Below are positions 61,178-64,000 of a DNA stretch of 64,000 nucleotides, one piece after another. A model generated the notes under the pieces. It searched no databases and had not been told where the DNA came from. It saw nothing but the letters and a program-made list of their open reading frames with translations. The position numbers and the translations under genes are program-made. Positions within the stretch are counted from its first letter, which is position 1; every line of letters starts with the position of its first letter. The stretch is from Candidatus Omnitrophota bacterium (GTDB lineage Bacteria > Omnitrophota > Gorgyraeia > Zapsychrales > Zapsychraceae). The stretch spans positions 5,275 through 69,274 of the forward strand of contig JAJDCA010000068.1 in assembly GCA_029261055.1 (NCBI GenBank), read 5' to 3'.

Positions 61178-62964
61178 TGCAATCCTCTTTCAGCATTTTT
61201 TGGTTTTAAACCACGGCAATAAGCCAACGTCATCCCATAGATTGTCCAGATTGGAATAGCTGTGTATGGCAGTTCAAAAATAAGTAAAAAATTTGCCGCA
61301 ACAAACCAATTAATAATAATGCCACAAAGAAGAATTCCCGTTACTGATTTTGCTTGAATAGATTGACGTACCATCCTTACTAATACCCATAAAATTATCA
61401 AAATAAACCCCAGCCCAACAACCCCCATCCGATAAATAATATGCAAATAAGAATTATGCGCCCCAACCCATCCATCGCGCCCCCACTCGCTTTCCCCCCA
61501 GTTAAGAATTTCTAAACTAATAGAACGAAGTGGTTTGCCAAAATCAAACCCAAAAATTGGCCTTTCTCGAAAAAATTCAACAAGCATATCTCTCCAAATC
61601 AAAAGTCGAAAAACAGAATTATTATTACCGACCCAGCCTTTTCCTTTTTTCCTCACCTGCATCTTTTCTATTTCTTCGTCAACAAAAACCGATTCAACCA
61701 ATTCAATAGAAATGTCTTCTATACCTTGAATGTCTAATTTAACAAGTGCCTCATGTATTTCATCCTTCGCCTGTTCAGCAGAAGCTTCCGAAACTTTATC
61801 TTCAACAAGAAATTTTCGTATTTTATTTCTCACATCCTCAACAGAAACTTCGGACACCTCCTTCTCAACAAAAACTTCCTCTACCTTATCGCTCATCTCC
61901 TCAACAAAAATTTCCGGAACTTCCTTCCCAATGAAAACCTCCTCTACTTTATCGCTCACCTGCTCAACAGGAAATCTCAGTTTCTCTTTCTCTCTTTTAA
62001 CAGATACTTGTTTTTTTTCTTCAATTTTCTTGCTAAGAACATCTTGCAGTTCTTTCTTAATCTGATCAACAACTTTTTTCTTTATCTCTTTATTTGCCCC
62101 TATATTAGGATTATACAATTCAACTTTTTTATACTCTTTCATTTTATAAAATTTTGCATCCGCCTGCACTTTTTTATCATAAAAACGAAACACCTCAGAC
62201 ATATTTTTAACATCGACAATAGATTTCAAAGAATTATGATCTGCAAAATAAAATATTCCAAGAACAACAAAAAAAACTCCCGCTAGTGCTAACAAACGTC
62301 TGATTTTTTTTGTAAAACCTAAAACCACAGGAAGAATTGTAACTAAATATACTCCTGATATAAAATTACTAACGATCATCATTCTAGCTGTCTGGAAAAA
62401 TGTCGTATAAGGAGCACAAATGACAATCAAAGAAAATATAATCCATCTTATTATTCCGGGAGGATAAGATTTAGCTAAAACACATCCTAAGGTCAACAAT
62501 GTTAATAAAAAATAAGCATTAAAAGCCCGCGTAACTAATAAAAAAATAATTGCCACCACCAAAAAAATGCATTCCTTTTTATCAAAAATCTCTCTTCGAT
62601 AAAAAGAAAACCCCAAAATAGCAAAAGCAGGATAATATAATAACGCTGCATTACGAAAAGCTAATGGTCCCCATTCTAAATATCCCCAAAAAGTCTTCCC
62701 AATGACAAAAATAAAATACCCAACCAATAAATATTGCGAAAAACGAAAAACCCATTGACTAGCGTTATTATATTTTATGAAAAACAATACCAAACACAAA
62801 AAAAGTAATAATTCACCAATAAAAATAGGAAAGTCTAAAAAAGGAAGCTGAATGTGTAGTTCTGCGAAAGGGCTAACCCATATAACATACCCTAAAGAAA
62901 TCAGGCCTATAAACATTAACCCAATATAATCTATAAATCGATTTTTATTTTTCAAGGTGTTCAT
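61174..62964 (-). CDS. O-antigen ligase/polymerase family (Wzy_C) membrane protein with an inserted acidic tandem-repeat region
   Basis: AHNSYLHIIYRMGVVGLGFIL (Wzy_C-like). Mid-protein repeats of DKVEEVF(I/V)(G/E)KEV(P/S)E(I/V)(F/S)VE(E/D). Confidence 0.55.
   Translation of the reverse strand: MNTLKNKNRFIDYIGLMFIGLISLGYVIWVSPFAELHIQLPFLDFPIFIGELLLFLCLVLFFIKYNNASQWVFRFSQYLLVGYFIFVIGKTFWGYLEWGPLAFRNAALLYYPAFAILGFSFYRREIFDKKECIFLVVAIIFLLVTRAFNAYFLLTLLTLGCVLAKSYPPGIIRWIIFSLIVICAPYTTFFQTARMMIVSNFISGVYLVTILPVVLGFTKKIRRLLALAGVFFVVLGIFYFADHNSLKSIVDVKNMSEVFRFYDKKVQADAKFYKMKEYKKVELYNPNIGANKEIKKKVVDQIKKELQDVLSKKIEEKKQVSVKREKEKLRFPVEQVSDKVEEVFIGKEVPEIFVEEMSDKVEEVFVEKEVSEVSVEDVRNKIRKFLVEDKVSEASAEQAKDEIHEALVKLDIQGIEDISIELVESVFVDEEIEKMQVRKKGKGWVGNNNSVFRLLIWRDMLVEFFRERPIFGFDFGKPLRSISLEILNWGESEWGRDGWVGAHNSYLHIIYRMGVVGLGFILIILWVLVRMVRQSIQAKSVTGILLCGIIINWFVAANFLLIFELPYTAIPIWTIYGMTLAYCRGLKPKNAERGLQ
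61690..62000. repeat. ~60-bp coding tandem repeat (about 2.5-4 units) inside the Wzy-like gene
   Basis: 61836-61895 and 61896-61955 are near-identical (ctcaacaaaaa(c/t)ttcc...ctttatcgctca(t/c)). Confidence 0.6.
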
Positions 62965-63153
62965 TTAGTAATATTTATACTCTAATTAGGTTATAAATTG
63001 GACATTTTTGAGATACAAGAGCCATAGTTTGTAACCTAAATCAAGGGAATGAACCCCAAGGTAAGCCCTGGACCCTATCAGCCATTGGGGTATTAAACCC
63101 GTTTGGAATTTCGTTAAAACATCGAAATTCCTAAATAAAGTATAATTGAAAAA

Positions 63154-63954
63154 TCAATCTATTCGGCCAACCAAACAGGACATCTGCTTTTTTATTTGAA
63201 TAGAATTAGGTATCATCTCTTTTATTTTGACCTCAATTTCCTTAATTTTATCATCGGAGAAACCTTTGGTACTTTGTCTCCAAAGCAATGTTGATTTATA
63301 ATATTCACTAAAACTTTCAATATCAGGAAAATTCATAACACTATCAATCTCTTCATATTCCACTAATTCTTTAGTAAATATTTTTTCAAATAAAGGTTTA
63401 AACTCATTAGCAATACGTTCAATACGTTTAATATGTTCTTCATCTGGATTTTTTCCTGTTAAAGAATAATTAAACTCATTAAGATCTTTGGTATTCTCAG
63501 GGCCAGGACCGATGACAATAAGAGCCCCTCCTGGAGCTAGTTGATTCTTGAGAACTTGCATCAACTTTAGACTATCTTCCGTATAATATAAAGAATAAAT
63601 AGAGAAAATCCATTTATAGGACATCCCTGTATCTGGAAGTGGATCATCAAAATCATGAATCATAAACTGAACATTCTTTTTTGGAAGCTCTTTATATTTT
63701 CCTTGGGCTTCCTTAATAAGGTCAGAGTTCTTATCCATTCCTAAAATGCTGCCGGAAGGTTTCACAAGCTCCCAGAAAAAACCTGTAAAATTCCCATTCC
63801 CGCATCCTAAATCCCATAATCTATCTCCCTCCTGGATTCTAAATCGCTCTTTTATCCACTCATGAAGATTAAAGTTGCTATACTTCGCATGCGCAGAAAT
63901 TCTTGAATTTAATGCCTGTTTTGGCTCTTCATAAGAGTACGCTTTGTTAACCAT
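63154..63954 (-). CDS. Class I SAM-dependent methyltransferase
   Basis: WDLGCGNGNFTGFF motif I ... LAPGGALIVIG. Confidence 0.7.
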   Translation of the reverse strand: MVNKAYSYEEPKQALNSRISAHAKYSNFNLHEWIKERFRIQEGDRLWDLGCGNGNFTGFFWELVKPSGSILGMDKNSDLIKEAQGKYKELPKKNVQFMIHDFDDPLPDTGMSYKWIFSIYSLYYTEDSLKLMQVLKNQLAPGGALIVIGPGPENTKDLNEFNYSLTGKNPDEEHIKRIERIANEFKPLFEKIFTKELVEYEEIDSVMNFPDIESFSEYYKSTLLWRQSTKGFSDDKIKEIEVKIKEMIPNSIQIKKQMSCLVGRID

Positions 63955-64000
63955 AATTTTTCTCCTTAAGTTTACTATTGCGAAAATCGTCATATCCAAC

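Noticed and set aside
61746-62286. Plus-strand ORFs 61753-62286 / 61730-62065 within the Wzy-like gene
   Set aside because: Antisense to an ORF with a conserved Wzy_C motif. Their repetitive composition comes from reading through the tandem repeat.

Overview
AT-rich bacterial chromosomal segment with almost every gene on the minus strand. All calls are from reading the sequence and ORF translations by eye; no searches were run.

(1) 1-11.3 kb: a purine-biosynthesis operon, purB-purC-purS/purL fusion-LOG-purQ-[MNT-HEPN]-purM-purD-purE, ending in a TsaC/YrdC-LMW phosphatase fusion that runs off the left window edge. The HEPN/MNT toxin-antitoxin pair is joined to its neighbours by 4-nt stop/start overlaps. 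A sigma70-like promoter (TTGACC-N17-TATATT) lies upstream of purB.

(2) 11.4-13.5 kb: three toxin-antitoxin-like two-gene cassettes (HicB/HicA and two DUF4160/DUF2442 pairs). Each is bounded by a near-identical copy of the last ~100 bp of the adjacent giant gene, stop codon included.

(3) 13.4-35.9 kb: a single 22.4-kb ORF encoding a ~7,480-aa protein. It has an N-terminal signal/TM segment, an HExxH motif, K/E-rich coiled-coil and G/S-rich regions, a vWA domain, a P-loop AAA ATPase, and three large mosaic modules of WD40/PD40-like beta-propeller repeats sharing near-identical DNA stretches. Its hydrophobic C-terminal peptide is the sequence copied downstream.

(4) 36-38.1 kb: an AAA-DUF4143 ATPase and a Phd/VapC pair, followed by a fifth, diverged copy of the giant-gene 3' repeat.

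(5) 38.1-40.6 kb: secG, tpiA, pgk.

(6) 40.6-64 kb: a surface-polysaccharide/glycosylation cluster. It contains two Wzy_C/O-antigen-ligase-family proteins, fcl, a WbaP-like initiating transferase, TagA-, GT2- and GT4-family enzymes, a Dpm1-like GT2 fused to a GtrA-like domain, and a putative GT-C membrane protein on the plus strand. It also holds a B12-binding radical SAM enzyme with methyltransferases, rmlA/rmlB, and two unassigned proteins (690 aa orphan; 408 aa tandem RidA/YjgF-like).

Small palindromic repeat families sit in several intergenic gaps. The most unusual feature is the giant gene together with the array of TA cassettes bounded by copies of its 3' terminus.
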